From contig OZ024753.1 of assembly GCA_964016885.1 (NCBI GenBank), forward strand, positions 37,572,001-37,636,000: 64,000 nt of DNA, read 5' to 3'. The notes beneath the pieces were generated by a model. The model did not search any database. It saw only the letters and a list, made by a program, of their open reading frames with translations, and was not told the DNA's origin. Source of the DNA: Eledone cirrhosa. Taxonomy: Eukaryota. The translations under genes were made by a program, and so were the position numbers. Below, piece after piece: positions 30,269 to 43,882 of this stretch. How positions within the stretch are numbered: position 1 is the stretch's first letter; every line of letters starts with the position of its first letter.

Positions 30269-30364
<96 letters not shown>

Positions 30365-30639
30365 CATACATACATACATATATATTTAAATATGTATATA
30401 TATATGTGTGCGTGTGTGTATGTCAGTGAATGTATATATATATATATATATACTCACGTATATATATATTTGTATGTGTGTGTATATATGCCTGTGTGTG
30501 TTTATAGATGTATGGCACCAAAACAAAGAATGTCTTATACTCTTATTGTATATTAATGTACATTGCGACTGTTTATTATCTCGTTTGTATTTTCTTTGGG
30601 TCATGTCTTTTCCTTTTAAATGACTCTAAAATATCCCAG

Positions 30640-30800
30640 GGCTGCGAATTGGCAAAGTCGTTAGAACGTCGGATAGAATGCTTTGTGGTGTTTGTTCCGA
30701 TTCTCTACGGTTTGATTCCAGATCTCTCCGCGGCCAACCCTTACCTTTCATACTTTCAAGATCGATAAATAAAGTACCAGTCTAGAACTGAGGTTGATTC
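30640..30800 (+). mobile_element. Older SINE copy
   Basis: gcgaattggcaaagtcgttagaacgtcggatagaatgc head; ctttcatac...gatcgataaataaagtaccag core; a similar copy lies at ~32770-32960. Confidence 0.65.
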
Positions 30801-31078
30801 TTCCTCTAAATCACTTTCTCTCTCTCGTTTTCTATGGAAGAACTCTCATTTTTATATGGAAGAATTCGGATGTTATTTAGACGGGGTCCCGCTACGTTTA
30901 AAATGGCAAGCATACGTTGCTTATCAAAACAGATTAAAAAAATTATCCTATGATTCTGTCAGGAGTTTAAGGTCCCAAGGATGATGGAACAACGCCTCGT
31001 TTTTGTTTTTTTAAATATGAAATAAGGTATACTACACAGACACAATGGTAGCTTCCGGTGTATGAGCATATGTGTATG

Positions 31079-31130
<52 letters not shown>

Positions 31131-31262
31131 GGTTTGGGAATAAGAAAGACACGCACCAGTTGCTTTCACTCCAATTTATTATAAATTAAATTTATAAATT
31201 TAAGAATTTATAAATTTCCGGTTGGTTGGTTGGTTCCACAACCGGGCGGTAGTTCATATATT

Positions 31263-31305
31263 GTCAAAGTTCTTTCGTCATACATTCTGTGACCTCTTCA
31301 GTGAC
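31263..31305 (-). ncRNA. Minimal type-I hammerhead motif in a short (TA)n-flanked element (~31130-31370)
   Basis: Minus strand gtca CTGAAGA g-gtca-cagaatgta-tgac GAAAG AA CTT tgac; stem III has only 2 bp and a 2-nt loop. Confidence 0.65.
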
Positions 31306-31368
31306 TGGGGATTCTTTTCTTTGTTTTTGTGCCTCTCCTTTGTTCTGGCCTACGCCATCTTGTTTTTG

Positions 31369-31470
<102 letters not shown>

Positions 31471-32225
31471 AATATATACATATATATATGTTTGTATATA
31501 TATATATATATATATATACACAGATATATTTATGTTTACATATATATACATGTGTATGTAATTGTGTATGCATGTTGGTATGTATATATATATATACATA
31601 CCAACATACATACATATATATATACACCATATATATATATATATATTTATTTATTTATTTATTTATTTATACGGCTGAGAGTATGTTAGTATAAATGTAC
31701 CTAACATCAAGTTTATTTGTTATATATATAACATACCAACTTATTTCTCAAGTAAACAATTATATTTGTAATAATATGTATATATGCATGCGTGTGGATG
31801 TGTTTGCACATGTGTATATGCGTGTCTGTATGTATGTGCATGTGTGCTTGTCACTGTGTGTATATGTATGTGTATGTGTGTGATTGTAAGGGAGATAGCT
31901 AGCACTATAGAGAAAGAATTCTTTGCATTGCTGTCTCAAGAATCTAAAGATTGGCACAAATTCTAATTGTTATGCTGTCACAGCAGAGTTCATCCTATTA
32001 AAAGATTTCGTCTTATGTTTTTACTGCATAGGTTGACATGAAATATTTCATGCCGGTTACTAAACCCGATGCGTTTAGGGGAATGTCCTACACAGGTAAT
32101 GAGCTCTACACTGGCCTTTTCCTCTGAATGGTTTATATAAACAAATAAATAAGAATCCCAGGCTTCCTGTATTTATTATGGAAGAATCAATAATGACTTA
32201 CTGATTCTAAACGCAATTTTAATAA

Positions 32226-32389
<164 letters not shown>

Positions 32390-32390
32390 T

Positions 32391-32434
<44 letters not shown>

Positions 32435-32536
32435 CGTGCGCGTGCGCGCGCGCGTGTGTGTGTGTGTGTGTGTAAAAGGTAAACAGAAATAACAACACAA
32501 TATATATATATGTAAAAGGTAAACAGAAATACCAAC

Positions 32537-32614
<78 letters not shown>

Positions 32615-33282
32615 TGTAGAAAATCACGAACGTAGGAAAATAGCTGAGAACATAGCTTTAAAAGTCTGGTATACTTCAGTGTAAAAATGTTATAAACTAA
32701 GACACGGTTACAGCTCACAGCTACCTATGAGAAGACTGAAAAAAAAACATATAATAGTAAAACAAATATTGACGGAATCGTTAGACCATCTAACAAATCT
32801 TTGTGGTATTTGTTAAAACTTTCATACATTCTTAGTTCAACTCTCGCCAAGGTCAATTCTACTTTTCATGCATTTCGGCATCGATAAAATAAAGTACCAG
32901 TCACGTACTGAGATCGATTTACCCTCCTAAAATTGCAGAATTTGTGCTTAAATTAGAAATCATTTTTTACGGTTTCTCAATGGCGAGAAAAGTTTGGTTT
33001 TATTTTTCGTTTTTTAGGGTTAAAGATTTAAGTATTTCTCAATATCTCTGTTTTAGTAATGTATACGTTGTTTATATGTACTTTGGTGTGGGTATCTGAA
33101 TATTGTTTTTAATAAATATTGCATGTGTCGGTTTTATATAAGGGCGTTTGCATATTCTGTTTGACTAAAATGTGTATTTATATACACATAATACTTTTAT
33201 TATAAATATTCGTGCCTGCGTGCGAGAAAGGGTGAAAGTGTCTGTATGTATGTATATATATATATATATTTATATATATATG

Positions 33283-33319
<37 letters not shown>

Positions 33320-33880
33320 ATATATATATAAAACCCCACACATATACGCTCATATATATATGAGCGTATATGTGTGGGGTTTTATGTTATTTTAAAGGAA
33401 TGTATTTGTTTTAGAGTATGAAATGGTGTATACATGTGTATTTGTGTATACGTAGGATCATCTATATATAGATATAGATATATTAACACATAAACGTCTC
33501 AATCTGATATAGCTTCGTTTTCAAACTCGTTTCCTTACTTTAAACATCTTACCTCTTAATACAAAATAGAAATTCTTGGATTTCATTTTTTTTTCTGTTT
33601 CCTTAAACATAACTAATTTGTCCTATGGCTATCGACTTGTTTGTTGTACATTGCGGCCATGTCTGTCCACTTCCGCTCTTATTTCTGCCATCTCCAACTT
33701 CTACTTGATCACAACTGTCAATGAAACGGCTTCCTGCTTATAATTGTGTTATGCTCATGTTTTGCTTTTCAGAGAGGAAAGAAAGAAGATATAAGTTGGA
33801 GTTTCAAAGGCGTCTGTCTGTAAGACATTTTTTCTTTTTGCACCATAAAAAAAAAGAGGAAAAACTGTTGGGAAGAAAGA

Positions 33881-33954
<74 letters not shown>

Positions 33955-34357
33955 TAGCGTTACTGTGTGTGTGTGTGTGTGTGTGTTTTTTTTTTTAATG
34001 AATACACATAAAGAAATTATGAGAAAGTAAAAGACAGAAACACTGCCTCAATAAAAGAGGAGAAACAAACTAACAAAAGCATCTATCATCACATGCCCCC
34101 ACCAATGGTATTTCGTGCAATATAGATGCATACGAACAATGCCAGCACAAATACAACCACACCTGAAAGTCTAACCAGAGCTGAAACCGGCCAGTACAAA
34201 ACTAATTAAGATAACAATGATTCTTTTTGCAAGACTCCACTCCTCCATCATCAACCATCTGTAAACAAACTGTAATTTATTTTGTACTGTAAATATGCGT
34301 CCTGTATATATAAATAAAACGTTAGGTGCATCTTAGATTGTCAATACATTTCCCATA

Positions 34358-34412
<55 letters not shown>

Positions 34413-34427
34413 ATACACACACACAAA

Positions 34428-34520
<93 letters not shown>

Positions 34521-34628
34521 ATATGCATTATATATATATATACTTGTATGTGTATCTATGTATATATATATATGTGCATCTATGTATATGTATAGATATG
34601 CATATATACATATATATATATATATATA

Positions 34629-34813
34629 TAACGAAGGAAATGTGGTAAGGAACCAGGTGGACCATAACGCACCAAAGTACTCAATACTTGGGGTAGTAGA
34701 GTGGGTAATAGGAACCAGTAAGACCCCGACAGCTGAGCTCAAGCCGTTTCGACGTCCAGAATTAGCCGTCGAAACGGCTTGAGCTCAGCTGTCGGGGTCT
34801 TACTGGTTCCTAT
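34629..34813 (-). mobile_element. Family A fold-back element (copy 4)
   Basis: Same family; both arms carry the copy-specific gacAgctg variant. Confidence 0.85.
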
Positions 34814-34990
34814 ATATATATATATATAATATAATATAATATATTATATATATATAATATAATATAATATAATATAATATAATATATATGTATATATGCA
34901 TATCAATATATATACATAGATGCACATATATATATACATAGATACACATACAAATATATATATATATAATGCATATATACATATATATAT

Positions 34991-35070
<80 letters not shown>

Positions 35071-35074
<4 letters not shown>

Positions 35075-35126
35075 GAGAGGTATAGAGATTGTTTTAGCAA
35101 GAAGCTAACGGCATTCTATAACATAT
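35071..35126 (+). repeat. ~55-bp (TA)n-embedded dispersed repeat
   Basis: aaatgagaggtatagagattgttttagcaagaagctaacggcattctataac; reverse complement at ~39116-39167, diverged copy at ~50500-50555. Confidence 0.8.
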
Positions 35127-35130
35127 ATGC

Positions 35131-35200
<70 letters not shown>

Positions 35201-35933
35201 ATATATTATATATATATACTATAATATAATATAATATATAATATAATATAATATAATATAATATAAATGTTTGTGTGTTTGTGAGTAATACTTCATGGAA
35301 AATGAAATAAAAGACTATTGAAATGAGGTGAGTGTGTGCTGGTGTGTATGTGCGTGTATATGCTTGTGTGTGGCAGGTGCATGCATGTATGTGTGTGTGC
35401 ATGTGTGTGTATGCATGTATGTGTGCGCACCATACAACAGTGAAACAAATCAGATCAGAATAGCATGCTGAGTATATAAGCAAATAATAAAAAGGTTGAA
35501 ACGATGGTTGAAAGAGATATGGCGAGGGATATAAATAAACAAACCATTGGAATAACATAGACTGTACACCATTGGTATAATAGGGTCATTAACAGTATAT
35601 TGGGTAGGATCTTGCACTGTTATTGCTGCAACTGGAAGCGAAGACAAAATAAAGGGGTAGACATACATACAAACATACGTGTATATAGAAATGTGAGTAT
35701 ATATATATATTAATATATCTGTGGAAAGAGAGATGTATTTTAACTTTAATTATATCTCATAAAATAATACAACTGGTTTTTCCACATTATACATATTGTT
35801 AGCACCCCAAACACTTAAATTGGGTTTATATTTAAATATAACCTAATGTTTGTTGAGTGAGATGGATACCAGTCAGAGTTTAGCTTTAAACTATCTCTGT
35901 TATTGTATTAATTATATATTAAGATATATATAT

Positions 35934-37115
35934 GAGTATTTCAACTATTTTCTATATCATGTATTGCATTGCATATATAGAGTTGCTCCACTAATAGTCC
36001 TCGTTACACAGAATGTTAAATATTTATCACTTAATTGTGTAGCTAAAAGTATGTATGACAGCTATTTTTATATATCCTATATATCCTATAGAATGTTTTC
36101 TTAGCAATAATCCTAAGGGTAGTTATCTTCTGATGAGAAGACAAAAATCTCTGAGTTTTCAGATACCAGATTATTTCTAGAGTCTTTCTCGTTTATCGCA
36201 ATTATACTAATATTATATTATATTATATTATATTGTATTATATTATATTATATTATATTATATTATATTATATTATATTATATTATATTATATTATATTA
36301 TATTTTATATTATATTATATTATATTATATTATATTATATTGAATTTTATATTATATTATATTATATTATATTATCCCTTTACAGTCTGAGTTCAAATCC
36401 CGCCGAGGTTAACTTTGCCTTTCATCCTTACGGGGTCGATAAAATAAAGTACCAGTAATGTACTGGGTAGTTGCTGGCCTTGTGCCTAAAGTAGAAACAA
36501 TTATATTATATTATATTATATATTATATTATATTATATTATATTATATTATATTATATTATATTATATTATATTATATTATATTATATTATATTATATTA
36601 TATTATATTATATTATATTATAAGAGCGGTGGATTGTCAGTATCAGTAGAGGGTCGGACGTGATGCTTTCCAGCATAGTTACGTCCCTTTACGATCTGAG
36701 TTCAAATCCCGCCGAGGTTGACTTTGCCTTTCATCCTTACGGGGTCGATAAAATAAAGTACCAGTAATGCACTGGGTAATTGCTGGCCTTGTGCCTAAAA
36801 GTAGAAACAATTATATTATATTATATTGTATTATATTATATTATATTGTATTATATTATATTATATTGTATTATATTATATTGTATTGTATTATATTATA
36901 TTATATTATATTATATTATATTATATTATATTATATTATATTATATTATATTGCATTATATTATATTACAAAGGCAAAATTAACCTGAAATCGAGGTTAA
37001 CTTTTCCTTTCATCCTTACAGGGTCAATAAAGTAAAGTACCAGTAATGTACTGAGTATTTGCTGGCCTTGTGCCAAAAGTAGAAATAATTATATTACATT
37101 ATATTATATTCTATC

Positions 37116-37162
<47 letters not shown>

Positions 37163-37655
37163 GTTTCTACTTTAGGCACAAGGCCAGCAATTACCCAGTA
37201 CATTACTGGTACTTTATATATATATATATATAATGATAGAATATAATATAATGTAATATAATTATTTCTACTTTTGGCACAAGGCCAGCAATTATCCCAG
37301 TACACTATAATATAATATAATATAATACAATATAATATAATATAATATAATATAATACAATATAATATAATATAATATAATATTAGTATAATTGCGATAA
37401 ACGAGAACGACTCGAGAAATAATCTGGTATCTGAAAACTCAGAGATTTTTGTCTTCTCATCAGAAGATAACTACCCTTAGGATTATTGCTAAGAAAACAC
37501 TCTATAGGATATATAGGATATATAAAAATAGCTGTCGTACATACTTTTAGCTACACAATTAAGTGATAAATATTTATGATTCTGTGTAACGAGGACTATT
37601 ACTGGAGCAACTCTATATATGCAATACATGATATAGAAAATAGCTGAAATACTCA
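35934..37655. repeat. Large nested inverted duplication (~280-bp unique arms) around SINE and (TATAT)n arrays
   Basis: 35934-36215 is the near-exact reverse complement of 37380-37655; inner arms ~37050-37120 and ~37225-37303. Confidence 0.9.
36375..37305. mobile_element. Cluster of young SINE copies (36375-36503 +, 36626-36813 + full length, 36991-37092 +, 37157-37215 -, 37258-37305 -) with (TATAT)n or (TA)n tails
   Basis: Repeated core and tail ...gctggccttgtgcctaaagtagaaacaattata. Confidence 0.9.
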
Positions 37656-37956
37656 GCCTAACTACACACGGTAAAGGGTTATTCTATTAGGAGGAGAAAA
37701 AAATCTTCAATGTTTTTCTAGGTACGTGGTAATATTTAAACGTATATGTATATACACTTCTAACTTCATTCTTTTCACATGGGAAGCGTATAATTCAAAA
37801 ACACGGTGCGTACATACATATATTCACTAATACATACATACATACAAGCACATACACACACAAAGAAATATACAAACAAATAAATATATAATATTCTTTG
37901 TTATGGCTAAGTAAGGAGTCTTGTTACTCTAGTGTTTCACCTGTGTTTACCTTGTA

Positions 37957-38117
<161 letters not shown>

Positions 38118-38968
38118 GTATGTATATATATGTATATACATAAATTCATATATATATGTGTGTATGTGTGTCTGTGTGTATTCATAAACACATATATACA
38201 GATATTATGTGCAAGAATGAAAGCAGGTATATATGCATGTATGTATATAACACATACATACGTATATATGAATATATGAATGAATGTATGTATACATGTA
38301 TGTATTATGTGTGTATGTATGTTTTGTATTTATGTATGTTGTGTATGTATGTGCTTACGTATGTATGTATTTAATATGCGTATATATATGTTTGTATGTA
38401 TCATGTGTATATGTATGTTGTGTGTATATGTGTTTATGTATGCACCAATCTATGCATCTATTAATATGCGTATATGTATGTTTTTATGTATAATGTGTAT
38501 ATATATATATGTATCATGTGTATATATGTATATTGAGTATGTATGTATTTATGTATGCACCAGTCTATGTATGTATTTAATTAACTAATCCTTTCCTACT
38601 GACAAAAATAGATAGTGTAATTTGTTCATAAATAACACGATATAAGTAGGAAAGACTAAAGTGAGAGGGGGAAAAAATGAACGACGGCTTATGCTGTTAT
38701 AGATTCTAACACATATGTATATTGATTATTTTCTTGGCTAATGTAGCTGTCTGGTTGACTCCCGCCCATCTTGTTAAAATTGTCAAGCAGGAGGCCATCT
38801 CGTGCTGGTATGAATTAAACGACCAACTGGAATCCCGCCAGGAAAAGACAATTGTTTAATTTTTAATGTAGACCACGTACAACACAACACACTTTTACTG
38901 CTGCTTCTTTTATATCCGTAACAGGCCGTGTCTAATAAATGAACCGGCATGTGGTATTGCTTATGATT

Positions 38969-39070
<102 letters not shown>

Positions 39071-39163
39071 AATATATATATATATGTTATAGAATGTATG
39101 AATATATATATATATGTTATAGAATGCCGTTAGCTTCTTGCTAAAACAATCTCTATACCTCTC

Positions 39164-39241
<78 letters not shown>

Positions 39242-39304
39242 AGATTTGAATGGATACAGTTTAGTTGAAAGGAATTTATTGACACGTGTTTCTATAACAG
39301 TTAC

Positions 39305-39402
<98 letters not shown>

Positions 39403-39481
39403 TACATATATACATATATACATATATATATACACACACAGACCAGACACACACACACATATATATATATATATATTTACA

Positions 39482-39515
<34 letters not shown>

Positions 39516-39529
39516 CATACATACATACA

Positions 39530-39561
<32 letters not shown>

Positions 39562-39801
39562 CTAGAATGATTACCGTAAAAAATGACCAGGTTTCGTTAC
39601 CCTCCTGCGTATAACAGAGAACAGTGTTTAATGATGTTGAACCGAGATGATGATGAATCAAGGCTTATTTTAACAATAGAACAATAGATTATTTTTCTAA
39701 AATTCATAGATACATAGATACATAGTTTTAGTTGTATAAATTATTCAGAATATTTTAACACTATAATAAAAAGTTAAATAGTGGAACCTAATTTAATCTC
39801 A

Positions 39802-39888
<87 letters not shown>

Positions 39889-40015
39889 AAAGTTATATTT
39901 AAATTGTTGGGTTACAACGAGTAAATATTTATAACTGATATAAAAGCACTCAACAAGTATTTGGAGTATATTTACGATATTAAATAAATGGAAATTATAT
40001 TTATAAAACCATATT

Positions 40016-40081
40016 TATTTCATTATATATATTTCAGGGATATCATATTAAAAATATGTTATGCCTTCTTCAGACAAAATA
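40016..40081 (-). ncRNA. Type-I hammerhead ribozyme (family C)
   Basis: Minus strand tattttgt CTGAAGA agg-cata-a-catatt-ttt-aatatg-a-tat-c-cct GAAAT ATAT ATA atgaaata; 3' flank homologous to 50240-50282. Confidence 0.75.
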
Positions 40082-40131
40082 CAATATAGACAGTCTTATA
40101 AATAAATAAATTCGACATACCTTTCAACATC

Positions 40132-40210
<79 letters not shown>

Positions 40211-40214
<4 letters not shown>

Positions 40215-40572
40215 GGAGGTGAGTTTTATTGTAGTACAATAAAGCAATACAGATATCGGATAAGTAGCACTCTACAATTTGTAGGACTAGAGTATAAATA
40301 ATAATATATAAGATCAAAAGATGGTTAAAAGAGTTCCATGTATTTTATTATGCGCATTTCAAAAACAAATATTATCATGCAATAACATTTGCGTTTTCAT
40401 CAGATATGTTGATTTAAAACTGCACTATTCACAAGTGTGTTTTAACCTTCATATCATGTCTCCCTATTTTATCTGACGAAAACGCAAATGTTATTGCATG
40501 ATGATATTTGTTTTTGAAATGCGCATAATAAAATACATGGAACTCTTTTAACCATCTTTTGATCTTATATAT

Positions 40573-40578
<6 letters not shown>
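40211..40578. mobile_element. (TA)n-flanked element with ~108-bp tail-out inverted arms, each carrying an HHR core
   Basis: 40298-40406 is the reverse complement of 40470-40578. Confidence 0.85.
40465..40535 (+). ncRNA. Type-I hammerhead ribozyme (family C); mirror copy at 40341-40406 on the minus strand has CTGATGA and a truncated stem I
   Basis: tattttat CTGACGA aaacg-caaatgttat..atgatatttg-ttttt GAAAT GCGC ATA ataaaata. Confidence 0.85.
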
Positions 40579-40622
<44 letters not shown>

Positions 40623-40770
40623 ATATTTCGTCTCCCGGACAGATTAGAGATTTAATATTTTATTATGTATTTCCCGTTTGCTTCAGGTTAAATTTGTCAA
40701 GCCAACGTGGTATTTCAGCCCTCGTAATTTTAGACACACAAATTACTGTTTATTACCACATATATTATTA

Positions 40771-40867
40771 TATAATTGTTTCTACTTTAAGCACAAGGCC
40801 AGCAATTACCCAGTACATTACTGGTACTTTATTTTATCGACCCCGTAAGGATGAAAGGTAAAGTTAA
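40771..40867 (-). mobile_element. Young SINE 3' half
   Basis: Matches 13644-13740. Confidence 0.85.
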
Positions 40868-40980
40868 TTATTATATAATGCTCAGTATTTATACTTTGAG
40901 CTTGTTAATTACAGGGTATCAATATGACTTATTAACTCTACATTTTATTTGTATATGTATATATATATTTATTTATGTAT

Positions 40981-41102
<122 letters not shown>

Positions 41103-41488
41103 TTTGTGATCCTGTCTTTATTTTCTGTACTCCTAAAGAATGGCTAAAGCCCGACTCGTCGAACTTTCTTTCCCCTTTTCCATATTAAGCGTGAAACTAA
41201 TAAGACTTTTTGTACCTCTGTTTTGTCGTTTCCTTGAACATCAAGAATCTTGCAAAACGTTAAATATTTATAATATTTTCTTTGCTAAAAGTCTACAATG
41301 ATATATGGTAGTCAAATCTCAAATCCATGGTGCCTTGTTCTACATTGATTATAGTATATTCTATAAGTTAAAACATCCCATATTACCTTATGCATTTTAA
41401 ACACCAAACGTTTTACAATCCAAAGGAAAAAAGAACGAAAATTAAATAGATAGATAGATAGACAGATAGATAGATAGATAGATAGATA

Positions 41489-41867
41489 TGTTTCTTTATT
41501 AGCCACAGGGGCACAAAAGAAGGGGACAAATACAAAGGGGGAAGTTTACATACAATAAAAACGTGTAAAATGTTATCACAAATGCAATTTAAAAAATTAG
41601 TCGATTTTCCCCAATAGGGGGAGACAGTTCATATGGGTAACACATACCCCGAAAAAATGTGCAACCCTCATCTCCAGGAGTACGAAGAGTTTGTACTCCT
41701 TTCCTCTCCTCCTCCTTTTCCTCAACCTACAGGCTGATATAGAGAGAAGGCCCATTCACTCGGGCCATTCTCGACCTTTCACCCACCTTTCATAAAACTT
41801 GCTGGGGTACAGCACCTCTCTCTCCATCCTGATTCTTCTTCCAAAGTGGTATTTGAAAAAAAGAATC

Positions 41868-41868
<1 letters not shown>
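41489..41868 (-). mobile_element. 5'-truncated L1/Tx1-like LINE 3' end inserted in (GATA)n
   Basis: Minus strand LILFFKYHFGRRIRMEREVLYPSKFYERWVK (Tx1/L1-type C-terminal F..RW), then a 3' UTR ending ctaataaagaaac; (TCTA)n on both sides. Confidence 0.6.
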
Positions 41869-41927
<59 letters not shown>

Positions 41928-42261
41928 CGTCAGAAATAAAGACAGGAGTGGGGTAGTAAGGAAGAAGCGAAGAGAGAGGAAGAGAGAGAGATATATATAG
42001 AGAGAAAGAAATATGTGGAAGATGGCTGAATATTTAACACTTCAAGTTATAAAAAAGAAACCAACAGTTATTTACGTATTTGTTTGTAGTGTTTATAATT
42101 AAGTCTTTCCCTCCCCCTGGCGGCTAAAATTGAATCAAATTATATTATCATGTCTCAATGATGATATGAGGTATAATTGAATAAAATGCTAAAGCACGCA
42201 GGCACACACACACATACACACATACACACACATACATATATACGTATATATATATATATAT

Positions 42262-42338
42262 TTACCCACTCTACTACCCTAAGTATTGAGTACTTTGGTG
42301 CGTTATGGTCCACCTGGTTCCTTACCACATTTCCTCCG

Positions 42339-42341
<3 letters not shown>
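42262..42341 (+). mobile_element. Family A terminal 80-bp fragment (copy 5)
   Basis: ttacccactctactaccctaagtattgagtac...ttcctccgtt|(TA)n. Confidence 0.85.
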
Positions 42342-42424
<83 letters not shown>

Positions 42425-42637
42425 GTGTGTGTGTACGCACGTATGCATATATATACATGTATGTAGATATATGTATACATATATAATATATACGTGTGTG
42501 TTATGAGCTGTGTTTAATATAATAATATAGTTGCCAAACGAAACCTATCAATACGTGATAACAACGTGGAATATCTTAGTAGCTCCATCATGATATAGGC
42601 TTTGTAACACTGTATGATTTGCAGAATCCACTTGTCT

Positions 42638-42679
<42 letters not shown>

Positions 42680-42685
<6 letters not shown>

Positions 42686-43838
42686 TAGGTAATGAATTCT
42701 TTTACAATGGAATCAGCTCGAATGAGGAAAAATATCCCCTGAGCAGTGTATAAATTAATATGTATGTGATGAAACACAGATACCAACACATCTGTATATA
42801 TATTGCAAAAGAAAAATTTAGTCAGATTGAAGTATACTAATTATTATACTACAGTTTGTCCATATCGATTTAAAATAATAAATCGACGGAGACGAACTGT
42901 ATTGGCAAAAGGCCGTGATGTTTAGACACATTTAAATTTCAAAATCAAACCTGTTCCGTAGATAAGTTTAGACTTTAAGATCCAAATATGTTACGAGTTA
43001 AATAAGTGTAGTCTTTTAAATTATTTAGAAGTGAAGCATATCAATTTGTCTCTGGATGTTTACTGAGGAGAGCGGGACATGATATTCCTACACTTATTTA
43101 ACTCGAAACATATTTGGATCTTAAAGTCTAAACTTATCTACGGAACAGGTTTGATTTTGAAATTTAAACATCACGGCCTTTTGCCAATACAGTTCGTCTC
43201 CGTCGATTTATTATTTTAAATCGATATGGACAAACTGTAGTATAATAATTAGTATACTTCAATCTGACTAAATTTTTCTTTTGCAATATATATACAGATG
43301 TGTTGGTATCTGTGTTTCATCACATACATATTAATTTATACACTGCTCAGGGGATATTTTTCCTCATTCGAGCTGATTCCATTGTAAAAGAATTCATTAC
43401 CTATTAATTTTAACTGCTCCTAGTTTGAGCTGCAAAGCCGCCTCATATATACGACTGTTATTTCTAGCAGTACGGTTATGAGACTAGTTAGATACTGTAA
43501 AGCCATGTGCGTCACGCAGTCTTTTAAATTATTTAGAAGTGAAGCATATCAATTTGTCTCTGGATGTTTACTGAGGAGAGCGGGACATGATATTCCTACA
43601 CTTATTTAACTCGAAACATATTTGGATCTTAAAGTCTAAACTTATCTACGGAACAGGTTTGATTTTGAAATTTAAATGTGTCTAAACATCACGGCCTTTT
43701 GCCAATACAGTTCGTCTCCGTCGATTTATTATTTTAAATCGATATGGACAAACTGTAGTATAATAATTAGTATACTTCAATCTGACTAAATTTTTCTTTT
43801 GCAATATATATACAGATGTGTTGGTATCTGTGTTTCAT

Positions 43839-43842
<4 letters not shown>
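42680..43842 (+). mobile_element. Second retrozyme-like / tandem-pLTR element: 330-bp inverted arm plus ~1.6 tandem units of 508-518 bp, flanked by (TA)n
   Basis: 42680-43011 is the reverse complement of ~43088-43409; agtcttttaaattatttag starts at 43010 and 43518; HHR core in each unit. Confidence 0.9.
43563..43690 (+). ncRNA. Type-I hammerhead ribozyme with a long stem III
   Basis: Stem I gatgttta/taaacatc (8 bp); CTGAGGA 43571-77; stem II gag...ctc; GAAAC 43613-17; stem III ACATATTT/AAATGTGT; GTC 43680-82. Confidence 0.8.

Positions 43843-43882
<40 letters not shown>

Larger units (their letters stand above)
28211..30273 (-). mobile_element. Retrozyme-like / tandem-pLTR element: ~3.3 near-identical 563-573-bp units plus a 167-bp inverted arm, flanked by (TA)n
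   Basis: Unit marker tagataatttaatatatcaac at 28213, 28784, 29347 and 29920; units differ mainly in A/T homopolymer length; 30107-30273 is an inverted copy of part of the unit; one HHR per unit. Confidence 0.9.

Noticed and set aside
36125-36190. CTGATGA-gaagac...gttttc as a hammerhead
   Set aside because: Followed by aGATAC rather than GAAA, and no stem I pairing
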